DNA of 64,000 bases, taken from contig NZ_DASVSG010000121.1 in NCBI RefSeq assembly GCF_036388195.1, positions 35,292 through 99,291 of the forward strand, written 5' to 3'. Positions within the stretch are counted from its first letter, which is position 1, and the number at the start of each line of letters is the position of its first letter. The DNA comes from Jatrophihabitans sp. GTDB taxonomy: Bacteria; Actinomycetota; Actinomycetes; Mycobacteriales; Jatrophihabitantaceae. Shown piece by piece: positions 13,574 to 23,991 of this stretch. The translations under genes and the position numbers were made by a program. The notes under the pieces were generated by a model. The model saw only the letters and a program-made list of their open reading frames with translations. It was not told where the DNA came from and made no database searches.

Positions 13574-14710
13574 ATGCCTGACACCGTGGAGATCGGACTG
13601 GGGCGTGAGGCGCGCCGCGGGTACCACCTGGACGAGGTCGCCCTGGTGCCGACCCGGCGCACCCGGGGGTCCTCGGTGGTCTCGACCGCGTGGCAGATCG
13701 ACGCGCACACCTTCGAGCTGCCGCTGGTGGCCGCGCCGTCGGACGCGGTGGTCTCGCCGTCGACGGCCGTGGAGATCGAGCGCCTCGGTGGCCTGGCGGT
13801 GCTCAATGGCGAGGGCCTGTGGGCGCGCTACGAGGACCCGGCGCAGGTGCTGGCCAGCATCGCCGACGAGTCCGGCTGCACCACCAGCACGCTGCAGCAG
13901 CTCTACGCCCAGCCGGTCTCGCCCGAGCTGCTGGCCCGGCGGACCGGCGAGCTGCAGGCCGCCGGCGTGCGGGTGGCCGTCCGGCTGTCCCCGCAGCACA
14001 CCGTGGCGCTCTCACCCGCAGTGCTCAAGGCCGGCGTCGACCTGCTGGTCATCCAGGGCACCGTCATCTCGGCCGAGCATGTCGCCTCCGACGATGCCGC
14101 CGACGACGCGCTCAACCTCAAGACCTTCATCGCCGACCTGGACATCCCGGTGCTGGTGGGTGGCGTGACCAACTATCAGACCGCGCTGCACCTGATGCGC
14201 ACCGGCGCGGCCGGGGTGATCATCGGCTACGGGGCCCACTCGGGCTCCACCACCCACTCCGCGTTGGGCATCGACGTCCCGATGGCGACCGCGATCGCCG
14301 ACGCGGCCGCGGCCCGGCGCGCGTACCTGGACGAGACCGGCGGCCGGTACGTCCACCTGATCGCCTATGGCGACATCACCACCGGCGGCGACATCGCCAA
14401 GGCGCTGGTCTGCGGGGCGGACGCGGTGATGCTGGGCGAGGCGCTGGCCGGCGCGGCCGAGGCGCCCGGCGGCGGGCGCTACTGGGATCCGACCGCGTCG
14501 CATCCCCGGGTGCCGCGCTCGGCCCTGGTGGATCTGGGCGTCGATCCGCAGGACCGGCCGTCGCTGGCGGAGCTGCTGCTCGGCCCGACCGCGGACCCTA
14601 GCGGGGAGCGCAACCTGTTCGGATCGCTGCGCCGGGTGATGGCCAAGTGCGGCTACTCCTCGGTCAAGGAGTTCCAGAAGGCCGAGCTGATCGTCACCGG
14701 CCTGCGCTGA
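13574..14710 (+). CDS. guaB3: GuaB3-family IMP dehydrogenase-related protein
   Basis: VEIGLGR..RRGY.LDEV..VPTRRTR, LHLMRTGAAGV, YLDETGGRYVH, KEFQK. Confidence 0.9.
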   Translation: MPDTVEIGLGREARRGYHLDEVALVPTRRTRGSSVVSTAWQIDAHTFELPLVAAPSDAVVSPSTAVEIERLGGLAVLNGEGLWARYEDPAQVLASIADESGCTTSTLQQLYAQPVSPELLARRTGELQAAGVRVAVRLSPQHTVALSPAVLKAGVDLLVIQGTVISAEHVASDDAADDALNLKTFIADLDIPVLVGGVTNYQTALHLMRTGAAGVIIGYGAHSGSTTHSALGIDVPMATAIADAAAARRAYLDETGGRYVHLIAYGDITTGGDIAKALVCGADAVMLGEALAGAAEAPGGGRYWDPTASHPRVPRSALVDLGVDPQDRPSLAELLLGPTADPSGERNLFGSLRRVMAKCGYSSVKEFQKAELIVTGLR

Positions 14711-14862
14711 GGCTTTCCGCCCGCGGGTCGGACGGGTCCGGCCTGCGCTGAGGCTTTCCGCCCACGGGTCGGACGGGTCCGGCCTGCACGGACGGGTCCG
14801 GGCCTGCGCGGACGGGTCCGGGCCTGCGCGGACGGGTCCGGCCTGCGCGGACGGGCCGAGCC
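14699..14862. repeat. compound tandem repeat: 41 bp x2 then about 20 bp x4, starting in the guaB3 3' end
   Basis: ggcctgcgctgaggctttccgccc(g/a)cgggtcggacgggtcc x2, then ggcctgc(a/g)cggacgggtccg units. Confidence 0.9.
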
Positions 14863-14948
14863 TGGGTGAGCCTGAGAAGTCGGTAACAGCGCGGACAAGT
14901 CCTGTGGTTTCCCTTGATGGGCGTAGAGCGCACGCGCACACTTGAGGG

Positions 14949-15368
14949 GTGCTGCTGGCTCTGCTGCTGATCGGGCTGCTCGCGCTGCCGTACCTGGTGA
15001 GCGCGCTGCTCCGCATGGTGCGCCGCCAGTGCGAGCTGATCGCCGACCAGCGCGCCGAGCAGCGCCGACCGGCCGGCGCCGCGGCCCCGATCGAGAAGGT
15101 CGCGGCGGATCTGCGCCGGCTGCGCGCCCAGCTGGAGGCGCGGGAGAACCGGCCGGGCCTGACCGGTAAGGGCATGCGGATGGGCGCCGTCCGGATCGCC
15201 TACGTCCAGGTGCTTGCCGAGGCCTGCCAGCGCCTCGATGTCCCGCCGCCGCGGACCGGGGCGCACTGGCACACCCCGCTGGCCGAGATCTACCGGGTCG
15301 AGGCGCAGCTGCGCGAGCGCGGCCTGGATGTCCGGCCGGTCACCCTCGTCGACTCGCGGGCAGGCTGA
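14949..15368 (+). CDS. hypothetical membrane-anchored protein
   Basis: GAGGG RBS, N-terminal TM, PIE..AADLRRL...AY..VL.EAC pattern. Confidence 0.7.
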   Translation: MLLALLLIGLLALPYLVSALLRMVRRQCELIADQRAEQRRPAGAAAPIEKVAADLRRLRAQLEARENRPGLTGKGMRMGAVRIAYVQVLAEACQRLDVPPPRTGAHWHTPLAEIYRVEAQLRERGLDVRPVTLVDSRAG

Positions 15369-15372
15369 GCGG

Positions 15373-16353
15373 CTACAGCCACCCGGCGTGTTTGAACGCC
15401 AGGTAGACCAGGCTGGCCAGCAGCGCGATGACCACCAGGCTGGACACGAACCCGGAGTGTTGCCCGAACCCGGGGTAGGGCACGTTCTGGCCGTAGAAGC
15501 CGGTAACCGCGGTCGGGATGGCGATCAGCGCCGTGTAGGACGTCAGCTTCTTCATGATCGTGTTCAGCCGGGCGTCCTGCAGCGACAGGTTGGTCTCGAA
15601 CACCGAGCCGATCATGTCGCGCAGCGACTCGGTCCACTCGGCGGCCCGCAGCACGTGGTCGTACAGATCATCGAGGTAGGGCCGCAGCTCCGGCGGAACG
15701 TCGTTGTCGCGCCGCGCCAGGGTGTTGACCAACTCGCGCATCGGCAGCACCGCCCGGCGGGTTCGTACCAGCGATTTGCGCAGCGCGAACGTCCGGCGTT
15801 GCAGCTGATGGGCCCCGTTGGCCTGGTCGAACAGCAGGTCTTCCAGATCCTCGATCTCGTCGTCGAGTGCCTGCACGACGTCGAACTGGCTGTCGACCAG
15901 CACGTCGAGCATTCCCCAGGCCAGCGCCTTCACCCCGTAGCGCATCAGCTCGGCGTTCTCGTCCCAGCGCTCGACGATGGTGTCGATGTCGAACCACTCA
16001 CCGGCGTGGACGGTGACGAACGCCTGCTTGAGCACGAACGCCGACACCTGGATGTCACTGAGCTCGCCACTCTGCCGGTCCAGTTGCAGCGCACGGGCGG
16101 TGAGAAAGGTGTGGCTGGCGTAGCGGGAGGCCTTGGGGCGCTCGTGGTGGGCCACCGCGTCCTCGATCGCCAGCTTGTCCAGCGACAGCTCCTCGCCCAG
16201 CTCGGACAGCCGGGCGGCGTCCGGGGCCTGCAGGTCGGCCCACACCATGCAGTCGGGTTGGCAGAGGTAGTCCGACAGCTCCTCGAACGGAAAGTCCTCC
16301 TTCTCCAGCACGCCGTCGCGCCAGAGCCGGGTGCGCACGGCGGCTTCAGTCAT
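15373..16353 (-). CDS. corA: CorA-family Mg2+ transporter
   Basis: HERPK, DLYDH, PTAVTGFYGQN (GMN-like), two C-terminal TMs. Confidence 0.9.
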   Translation of the reverse strand: MTEAAVRTRLWRDGVLEKEDFPFEELSDYLCQPDCMVWADLQAPDAARLSELGEELSLDKLAIEDAVAHHERPKASRYASHTFLTARALQLDRQSGELSDIQVSAFVLKQAFVTVHAGEWFDIDTIVERWDENAELMRYGVKALAWGMLDVLVDSQFDVVQALDDEIEDLEDLLFDQANGAHQLQRRTFALRKSLVRTRRAVLPMRELVNTLARRDNDVPPELRPYLDDLYDHVLRAAEWTESLRDMIGSVFETNLSLQDARLNTIMKKLTSYTALIAIPTAVTGFYGQNVPYPGFGQHSGFVSSLVVIALLASLVYLAFKHAGWL

Positions 16354-16410
16354 GCCCTACCTCTCCCACGCCCCAGGGCCGGGGTGTCCCGCGGCCGTAT
16401 CGTGACGAGC

Positions 16411-17340
16411 ATGGCATGGAACGCGTCCCAACTGCCCTCGTTCGCCGGGCGGACCGCGCTGGTCACCGGCGGCAATTCCGGCATCGGCTGGCACACCTGT
16501 CTAGAGCTGGCCCGGCACGGCGCCCGGGTCCGGCTGGCCAGCCGGAACGCCGAGCGCGGCCAGGCGGCGGTGGCCCGGATACGCCAGCAGCTGCCCGCAG
16601 CCGACATCGAGCCGGTGCGGCTGGACCTGGCCTCGCTCGCCTCGATCAAGGCGCTGGCCGGCGACTGGGACGGGCCGCTGCACCTGCTGATCAACAATGC
16701 CGGGGTGATGGCCCCGCCGGAGCTGCGCCGGACCGAAGACGGCTTCGAGCTGCAGTTCGGCACCAACCACCTGGGCCACTTCGCGCTGACCGGGCAGCTG
16801 CTGCCGGCGCTGCTGGCCGCGGGCTCCACCGGCGCGGCCCGGGTGGTGACGGTGTCCTCGTTGCTGCACCGGGGTGGCCGTCCTGGGCCGCTGCGGGGCG
16901 AGCCGGAGCCGGCCTATTCGCCGCAGCTGGCCTACGCGAACTCCAAGCTCGCCAATGTGCTGTTCGCGCTGGAGCTGCAGCGCCGCGCCGAGGCGCACGC
17001 TGCTCCGCTGACCTCGACCGCCGCGCACCCGGGCGTCTCGACCACCAACCTGATGCTCAGCCAGGACGGGATGGGTGCCCGGGCACGGGCGCGCTGGGTG
17101 CGCCACACGGTGGGCCGGCTGGTCTTCCAGTCCGCGGCGGCCGGGGCGAACCCGACGCTGTACGCGGCGAGCGTCGCCGAGCCCGGCTCCTTCAGCGGTC
17201 CGCAGTGGCCCGGCGGGATGCGCGGCCCGGCCGGACCCGCGACGCCCAGCAGGACCGCCAGGGACCCGCGGCTGGCCGCCGAGCTGTGGGACCTGAGCGA
17301 GCAGCTGACCGGGGTTCGCTACGACTGGCCGGCGCGCTGA
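16411..17340 (+). CDS. short-chain dehydrogenase/oxidoreductase
   Basis: TGGNSGIG, NNAGVM, FGTNHLGHF, YANSK. Confidence 0.92.
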   Translation: MAWNASQLPSFAGRTALVTGGNSGIGWHTCLELARHGARVRLASRNAERGQAAVARIRQQLPAADIEPVRLDLASLASIKALAGDWDGPLHLLINNAGVMAPPELRRTEDGFELQFGTNHLGHFALTGQLLPALLAAGSTGAARVVTVSSLLHRGGRPGPLRGEPEPAYSPQLAYANSKLANVLFALELQRRAEAHAAPLTSTAAHPGVSTTNLMLSQDGMGARARARWVRHTVGRLVFQSAAAGANPTLYAASVAEPGSFSGPQWPGGMRGPAGPATPSRTARDPRLAAELWDLSEQLTGVRYDWPAR

Positions 17341-17443
17341 TCCGGCGTAGTTGGTGAGGCATGGCCGGCGCGCTGACCACGGCTGGGTCGGCGAGGCCCG
17401 GTCGCTGGGCTGATAGCCGGGCCGGCTCTGCGAGAATGAGCCG

Positions 17444-19012
17444 GTGCAGACCGACACCGTGCTCGTCGTTGACTATGGGGCGCAGTACGCGCAGCTGATC
17501 GCCCGGCGGGTGCGAGAGGCCAACGTCTACTCCGAGATCGTGCCGTCGTCGATGCCGGTGGCCGAGATGCTGGCCCGCGAGCCGAAGGCGATCATCCTGT
17601 CGGGCGGCCCTGCCTCGGTGTACGCCCCGGACGCGCCGAGCACCGACCCCGCGCTGTTCGACGCCCGCGTGCCGGTGTTCGGCATCTGCTACGGCTTCCA
17701 GGCGATGACCCAGGCGCTCGGCGGCGAGGTCGCCAACACCGGCGGGTCGGAGTTCGGCCGGACGCTGCTGTCGCTCCGGGAGCCGGGCCTGTTGTTCGGC
17801 AACGCCGATAGCGCGCGCAGTGACCCCCGGCAGGTCTGGATGTCGCACGGTGACGAGGTCACCCGGGCGCCCGAGGGGTTCGTGGTGACCGCGTCCTCGG
17901 CGGGCGCTCCGGTCGCGGCGTTCGAGGACGCCGGGCGCGGGCTGGCCGGCGTGCAGTTCCATCCGGAGGTGCTGCACACCGAGCACGGCCAGCAGGTGCT
18001 GAAGAACTTCCTCTACGACATCGCCGGCCTGAAACCGACCTGGACCGACGCGAACATCATCGACGAGCAGGTCGAGCGGATCCGGGCGCAGATCGGGACG
18101 TCCCGGGTGATCTGCGGGCTGTCCGGCGGGGTGGACTCGGCGGTCGCCGCGGCGCTGGTGCAGCGGGCGGTAGGGGACCAGCTGACCTGCGTGTTCGTCG
18201 ACCACGGGCTGCTGCGGGCCGGTGAGGCCGAGCAGGTCGAGACCGATTTCGTCGCCGCGACCGGGGTGTCGCTGAAGATCGTCGATGCCCGCCAGCAATT
18301 CCTGGACGCGCTGGCCGGGGTGACCGATCCGGAGACCAAGCGGAAGATCATCGGACGGGAGTTCATCCGGTCCTTCGAGCAGGCCGAGCGTGAGCTGATC
18401 GCGTCGGCCGAGGGGCCGCCGTTCGAGTTCCTGGTGCAAGGCACGCTGTATCCGGACGTGGTGGAGTCCGGCGGTGGGACCGGGACCGCGAACATCAAGA
18501 GCCACCACAATGTCGGCGGGCTGCCCTCGGACCTGCAGTTCAAGCTCGTGGAGCCGCTGCGGTCGCTGTTCAAGGACGAGGTGCGCCGGGTCGGCCTGGA
18601 GCTGGGGCTGCCGGAGGCCATCGTCTGGCGCCAGCCGTTCCCGGGGCCCGGGTTGGGGATCCGGATCATCGGCGCGGTGGATGCCGAGCGGCTGGAGATC
18701 CTGCGGCGGGCCGACTCGATCGCCCGTGCGGAGCTGTCGGCGGCCGGGTTGGACCGCCAGATCTGGCAGTGCCCGGTGGTGCTGCTGGCCGACGTCCGGT
18801 CGGTGGGGGTGCAGGGCGACGGGCGGTCCTACGGGCACCCGGTGGTGCTGCGGCCGGTGTCGTCGGAGGACGCGATGACCGCCGACTGGACCCGGGTGCC
18901 CTATGACGTGCTGGAGAAGATTTCCACCCGGATCACCAACGAGGTGCGCGAGGTCAACCGGGTGGTGCTGGACGTGACCAGCAAGCCACCCGGCACCATC
19001 GAATGGGAGTAG
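17444..19012 (+). CDS. guaA: GMP synthase (glutamine-hydrolysing)
   Basis: [34 protein letters not shown]. Confidence 0.98.
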   Translation: MQTDTVLVVDYGAQYAQLIARRVREANVYSEIVPSSMPVAEMLAREPKAIILSGGPASVYAPDAPSTDPALFDARVPVFGICYGFQAMTQALGGEVANTGGSEFGRTLLSLREPGLLFGNADSARSDPRQVWMSHGDEVTRAPEGFVVTASSAGAPVAAFEDAGRGLAGVQFHPEVLHTEHGQQVLKNFLYDIAGLKPTWTDANIIDEQVERIRAQIGTSRVICGLSGGVDSAVAAALVQRAVGDQLTCVFVDHGLLRAGEAEQVETDFVAATGVSLKIVDARQQFLDALAGVTDPETKRKIIGREFIRSFEQAERELIASAEGPPFEFLVQGTLYPDVVESGGGTGTANIKSHHNVGGLPSDLQFKLVEPLRSLFKDEVRRVGLELGLPEAIVWRQPFPGPGLGIRIIGAVDAERLEILRRADSIARAELSAAGLDRQIWQCPVVLLADVRSVGVQGDGRSYGHPVVLRPVSSEDAMTADWTRVPYDVLEKISTRITNEVREVNRVVLDVTSKPPGTIEWE

Positions 19013-19085
19013 ACCGAGCGGGAGACCCCGCATTCGCTGGCCCAAGGTAGCACCCGTCGTACCGAGGACAGCCCATCGGCAAGAC

Positions 19086-19119
19086 GGCTGGGAAGCTCTA
19101 CTTGTACTGCTTCCCAGCC
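19086..19119. terminator. stem-loop between convergent guaA and the protease gene
   Basis: ggctgggaagc / gcttcccagcc 11-bp inverted repeat. Confidence 0.65.
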
Positions 19120-19178
19120 ACTGCGGACCGGTAAGTATCGCGCCGGTCGGGTGGCGCAATCAGCAGATTCCGGCACGG

Positions 19179-22100
19179 TCACCAGACCCAGACGTCGTCG
19201 AGCCAGATCACCTGCCCGGCGCCCAGCGTGGTAGGCGCGGCCAGGGTGATCTTCAGCTGCGTCGCTCCGCTCGCCGCCGCGAACGAGCCGGTAAGACCGG
19301 ACAGGACCGGCTCGACCGAACGTAGGAGATTCCCGCCCGCGTCCAAGTATTCGACCGACACGGAGGGCACGGTGCCGGAGACCAGGGTGGCGGCGAACTG
19401 GTAGGTCTGCCCTGCCTGGACCGGGATGGCAGCGGAGGTGACCGACGCGACCTTCGAGCTGAGCCCCACCGCGTCCGTGCCGTCACTTGCGTGCGCGCCC
19501 GACGTGTCGTAGAGCGTGCCGGTCGACGTCCAGGACGTGGGCTGGGCAGTGCCCGACTCGAACGAGCCGTTCGTGACCTTGTTGCCCTTGACCGTGATGG
19601 TGCGGGTGAGCCGGTTGTCCGACTCGTTGGACTCGGCGATCGCGTTGGCCGGGTCGACTACCGCCGTTATCGACCTGTCGCCCTTGACCGCAGTGGTGTT
19701 CCACCTGACCGAAACATCCACCGTGGCGCCCGGCCCGACGTTGACCGGCGCGGACGTGCCTACCGGTGTCGTGCCGTCGAGGAACTGCACGACGACCTCG
19801 GTCGCCGGCACGCCGGACGGGTTGCTCACTGCTGCGGTCAGCACGGTCTGCTTGGGCGTCGGCTGGGCCGCGCTGAGGGACGTCGGCGTCAGGTTCGGCT
19901 TCTCGCCCGTGCCCTGCGGGTGGACGTTGAAGTAGAAGACCTGGCCGGCTTCGACGAGCTTCGGGTCGGAGGTGTTCGCCGGCGTCTGCGGGAAGCCGCG
20001 AGCAGCGAGCGAGGCGTTGCGCGCGGCGTACTCGGCGTGCAGGTAGTCGCCCTTGCGGAAGAGCTCGCCGGCCTGCGACCGCCACTGCTTCATTCGGTCG
20101 TAGTCGGCTGCCCAGGCCGCGCTGGGCGTGCTCCCCCCGGCCTTGGCCTCCTTGGACAACCGGTCGGTGAGTGCTGCCTGCGCACCGATCAGGTATTCCG
20201 CGACGTGCCCGCGCTGCAGGTTGTCCTGGTCCTCGACCTCGTAGGGCCGGTAGGACATCGCGTAGGTGGTCGGGGCGGCCGAGATGTCGTACATCCAGCC
20301 CAGCCCGGACCAATAGCACTCCCACTGACCGGCTTTCGGGTCGCCCGCGGGGCACTTGTCCACGCCGTAGGAACCGTCGTGCGGGTGCGACAGTCCGAGG
20401 TTGTGTGCGGCCTCGTGCTCGACGGTGTAGGACATGCCACCCCCCGGGTCCTGCGTGGGCAGCGCCTGATCCGTCAGCGATCGCTTCGAACCGGGTGCGT
20501 CGCCCGGCTGGACCGCCGGGTAGTGCGACAGCTTGGCCTTGATCCGGTCGTTGACGTTGTTCAGCACGCCCCAGGCCTCGCCGTCCTCGGTGTAGAAGGC
20601 GATGCCGCCGACGATGGCCGGCAGCGACCAGGTGTAGGCCTTCTCCCAGGTCATGTTGATCGACGGGATTGTGTTGATGCCCTCCACGTGGTCGGCGATG
20701 CCGTGCGGGTGTGAGTCGATGTAGTCGCGCACGACGGAACCGTTCACCGCGTCGTCGTACGTGCCGGTGCCGGTCACGTCGTGCGTCGCGTCGGCGCCGG
20801 TGGCCTTTGCCTTCTCCAGCGTGTTCGAGACCTCGGTCAGGTTCACGCCGTAGTGGGTGTGCACATGCTCGCCGTTGTAGAGGGGCTCCGGAACAAGATC
20901 GGTGCCGGTGGCGGTGACCTTGACGTGGTGCGAGGGCGCCGGCAGGTCCTCGTACTTGGGAGCCACGTTGAGGTGCTGCCCCGTGGGCTGGTTGTTGGTC
21001 GGGTCGTAAAGCGGGATGACCTCATCCTTGCGACCCACCCAGCGGGCGTAGGGCGTGGCGGAGGACAGCCAGCGCAGCGTGTCGTCGTGCGTGGTGGCGT
21101 TGACGGAGTCGATCTTGTAGAGCAGGTCGGAGTTGGTCCACCAGGTGCCGTAGACGCCGCCGCCGTTGGTGAGCTGGCCGTTCACCCACTGCGGACGCGA
21201 GTAGAAGTCCGTCCAGTTCGACACCGCCAGCCAGTTGACGTCACCGCGCGGGATCGGCCGATACAGGTAGCCGGACGTCGACCGGAAGAACAGGCCGTAG
21301 GCGACATCGCGCGCGAGGCGCGGCATCATCCGGCAGGGGGTGTCGTTGCGCCACGGCAGGTCACCGACGCCAGGCACCCCGGGACCCGCTGTCAGGCAGC
21401 TCTCGCCGGACTGCGTCCACAGCGGGTCGGCCGTGTACTGCCAGACCGGCGGGTCGCCGTGGGGGTAGTCGCTCGACATCCCCACCCCATAGTTGGCCCA
21501 CGACGCATCCTCGTAGTCGTTCGGCGCGGCACCGAGGTCGACGAAGTGGAAGCGGTACCGCCCACCCCAGGTGCGGGCAAAGTCGACGCCGTCCCAGGCC
21601 TTGGTGTCCGGGTCGGTGATGCGCCACGACCCACCCTGCTCGATCGGCTTCGGGATGATCGTCCCGTTGATGACCCGGTCCGTGCCGTAGGTGTGATACG
21701 CGTTCGGGCGGAAGTAGTTCTTCGCGTAGCTGGGCGTGAACGTGTCGAGGAAGAAGTAGGACGAGCCGTTGTTCAGCCCCTGCGGCATCCGGTCGAGGTT
21801 GAGGCCGTTCTTGTCGTAGAACGGGTCGTGGTACGCGCTCGGATCCGGGTTGACGACCGAGGCGGCGACGCAGGCGCCGGTCTCGGCGTTCTTGAAGGCG
21901 CAGCTGTTCGTGGCGTCGAGGCGGGAGTTGAAGATCCAGTCCTCGATGGCGTAGCCGTCGATCAGGTCCGTCTTCGTCGGCGCGGTGACCTTGTAGGCAA
22001 CGTCCCCACCCTTGGCCAGCATCCGGTAGTTGCCGAACGCGGCGTCATACTTGGCCTGGTTCTGGCCTCGCGCCTTGCCGCTGCGGTAGTCCTGCGCCTG

Positions 22101-22931
22101 GGCGGTGTTGTTCTTGGCCACCTGGAACAGCGACTTGGTGTAAGCCTCGGACGCCACCAGGACGTTGACCTGGTACCGGTAGGTGACTCCCAGGAAGTAC
22201 GGCGCATCGTCGCTGGCACTCTTGCACTTGTTCCAGTTGAGTAAGCCCGCCCCGACCTGCGACAGCTCGCACGCGTTGGCCGACTTGTTCGACACCGGCG
22301 GCCGGTAGTGCGTGGGGATGCGCGACTTCAAGTCGGCGACCTCCGCGGCGGACGGCGTGCGGCCGACGAAAACGATGTTCAGCGGGTAGTCCTGGACGAG
22401 CTGCTTCTCCACCGCCGAACGGTCCTCTGGGAACTTCATAGCGGTCGGAATGTCGAACGCGCTGACCGTCGCCGTCCCCGAGTACGACCCGCCCGCAGTC
22501 TGATACGGCACGACCTTGACCGTGTACGCGCCCGGCGGCAGCTGGCCGAGATCAACGCTTTCGGAAGTGGTGAGCGGAGCTGCCGAGTCCTTGATCTTGG
22601 TTCCGGCCGAGTCGTAGACGTACAGATCGAAGTCATCGCTAGGCAGGCCCCACTTGATACCCACGGTCACGCTGCCGTCGTGGGAGTTCCAGTAGTCCGC
22701 CGGCGCCTCGAAGTTCAACGTGTAGGTGTCACAGGTGAGGTCGGTGCACTCCTCCGGCCCGTTCACGAACCCGGTGTACGGGCCGCCGGTCCAAGTCACC
22801 GAGTTCGACCCGTCGGCGGCCGGCGGAGTAAGGCCGCCGGACGACGGATTCGACGCTGAGGCGCCAGGCAGAAGAGTAAAAGTAGTGGCCAGGGCGGCGG
22901 TGACCGCCAGTAAAGCGCGCGTTCGGTTCAT
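19179..22931 (-). CDS. large secreted metzincin-type Zn metalloprotease with PPC-like, CARDB and CBM-like domains
   Basis: signal peptide; DFDLYVY..PGAYTVKV; HEAAHNLGLSH plus AMSY Met-turn; VVDPANAIAESNESDN; NGSFESG. Confidence 0.8.
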   Translation of the reverse strand: MNRTRALLAVTAALATTFTLLPGASASNPSSGGLTPPAADGSNSVTWTGGPYTGFVNGPEECTDLTCDTYTLNFEAPADYWNSHDGSVTVGIKWGLPSDDFDLYVYDSAGTKIKDSAAPLTTSESVDLGQLPPGAYTVKVVPYQTAGGSYSGTATVSAFDIPTAMKFPEDRSAVEKQLVQDYPLNIVFVGRTPSAAEVADLKSRIPTHYRPPVSNKSANACELSQVGAGLLNWNKCKSASDDAPYFLGVTYRYQVNVLVASEAYTKSLFQVAKNNTAQAQDYRSGKARGQNQAKYDAAFGNYRMLAKGGDVAYKVTAPTKTDLIDGYAIEDWIFNSRLDATNSCAFKNAETGACVAASVVNPDPSAYHDPFYDKNGLNLDRMPQGLNNGSSYFFLDTFTPSYAKNYFRPNAYHTYGTDRVINGTIIPKPIEQGGSWRITDPDTKAWDGVDFARTWGGRYRFHFVDLGAAPNDYEDASWANYGVGMSSDYPHGDPPVWQYTADPLWTQSGESCLTAGPGVPGVGDLPWRNDTPCRMMPRLARDVAYGLFFRSTSGYLYRPIPRGDVNWLAVSNWTDFYSRPQWVNGQLTNGGGVYGTWWTNSDLLYKIDSVNATTHDDTLRWLSSATPYARWVGRKDEVIPLYDPTNNQPTGQHLNVAPKYEDLPAPSHHVKVTATGTDLVPEPLYNGEHVHTHYGVNLTEVSNTLEKAKATGADATHDVTGTGTYDDAVNGSVVRDYIDSHPHGIADHVEGINTIPSINMTWEKAYTWSLPAIVGGIAFYTEDGEAWGVLNNVNDRIKAKLSHYPAVQPGDAPGSKRSLTDQALPTQDPGGGMSYTVEHEAAHNLGLSHPHDGSYGVDKCPAGDPKAGQWECYWSGLGWMYDISAAPTTYAMSYRPYEVEDQDNLQRGHVAEYLIGAQAALTDRLSKEAKAGGSTPSAAWAADYDRMKQWRSQAGELFRKGDYLHAEYAARNASLAARGFPQTPANTSDPKLVEAGQVFYFNVHPQGTGEKPNLTPTSLSAAQPTPKQTVLTAAVSNPSGVPATEVVVQFLDGTTPVGTSAPVNVGPGATVDVSVRWNTTAVKGDRSITAVVDPANAIAESNESDNRLTRTITVKGNKVTNGSFESGTAQPTSWTSTGTLYDTSGAHASDGTDAVGLSSKVASVTSAAIPVQAGQTYQFAATLVSGTVPSVSVEYLDAGGNLLRSVEPVLSGLTGSFAAASGATQLKITLAAPTTLGAGQVIWLDDVWVW

Positions 22932-23511
22932 GACCGGAAATCCTCCGAGGGAAAAGCGCTATGGGGGATGTGCAGCCGCAGAATTGACAAACTGCCGAAC
23001 CGTACCTGACAGCACGTAAACTCCATGAGAAATTGACTTCCGCGAGTTGCCTAGTGCGACCACACAGCTGGCCGGACGGCGATCAGCGTGGTGGTCGACC
23101 GCTGTCACAACCCGTCCGGGCGGAGCTAGTCGTAACTTCGCGACCAGGTGTCCGTCGAACTGCGCTAGCGATGCGGCATGCGATCTTGGCAATGGAGGTG
23201 CTCTTCCCGGTCGCAGACAAGAGATGACCGTGACGGCGGTATCCTCACGCTGAGGTTGTGACGTTGCGGCGTGCCGCGGATCAATGGCACGTTCGAGCAA
23301 TTTACTCAGGAGTTATCGATCAGTCTCGAAACGCGATCTCGTCCAGTTCTCCCAGAACCCACAGCCCGAACGTTCGCACAATGGATAGCTGTGGGCGAAC
23401 CTTCGCCCGTGGCCATGTCCTGGTAAGGAACGCCGGGGACGTAGTAGATCGAGTCGCTACGCAGCGAGAACTGCTCGCGCGGCTTCGGCGGACGCAGGAT
23501 GTCCAGGGGCA

Positions 23512-23667
23512 GTGTCGTCGGAGGACGCGATGACCGCCGACTGGACCCGGGTGCCCTACGACGTGCTGGAGAAGATCTCCACGCGGATCACCAACGAGGT
23601 GCGCGAGGTCAACCGGGTGGTGCTGGACGTGACGTCCAAGCCGCCCGGCACCATCGAGTGGGAATGA
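23512..23667 (+). repeat. duplicate of the guaA 3' 156 bp (attR-like)
   Basis: encodes [11 protein letters not shown]...KPPGTIEWE*; about 11 mismatches to guaA, all synonymous. Confidence 0.95.
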
Positions 23668-23767
23668 CCTGAACGATCAAAGCAGGGCTGTCTTCATTGA
23701 GCGAGCTAGTATGCGACGAGCCTCCAAACAGCCGGAGCATGCGAGAACAGATCTGGCAGGAGGAATC

Positions 23768-23980
23768 ATGGCGATAGGTGGCATCGGAAAGCTGGTGCAG
23801 CGGGCACGCGGCTACGCGCAGGCCAACCCGGACAAGGTGCGCAAGGCGCTTGACCAGGCGGGCCGGGTGGTCAACAAGCGGACCGGCGGAAAGCACGGCC
23901 GCCAGATCGACTCGGCCGGCGACAAGGTCACGGACTTCCTCGCGCCCGATGCCCCGAAGGACAACCCACCCGCGCGGTAG
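23768..23980 (+). CDS. MT0933/Rv0909-like small antitoxin-family protein
   Basis: GGAGGA RBS; PDKV...LDQAG..V.KRTGGKH..QID pattern. Confidence 0.7.
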   Translation: MAIGGIGKLVQRARGYAQANPDKVRKALDQAGRVVNKRTGGKHGRQIDSAGDKVTDFLAPDAPKDNPPAR

Positions 23981-23991
23981 GCGCTAGCCCA

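Larger units (their letters stand above)
18857..23667. mobile_element. islet inserted at the guaA 3' end, bounded by 156-bp direct repeats
   Basis: 18857-19012 repeated at 23512-23667; no integrase inside. Confidence 0.7.

Noticed and set aside
14699-14862. Possible CRISPR array
   Set aside because: Units are directly adjacent with no unique spacers, and there are no cas genes.
23385-23400. Second SOS box (cgaacgttcg)
   Set aside because: It lacks the 4-nt spacer of GAAC-N4-GTTC.
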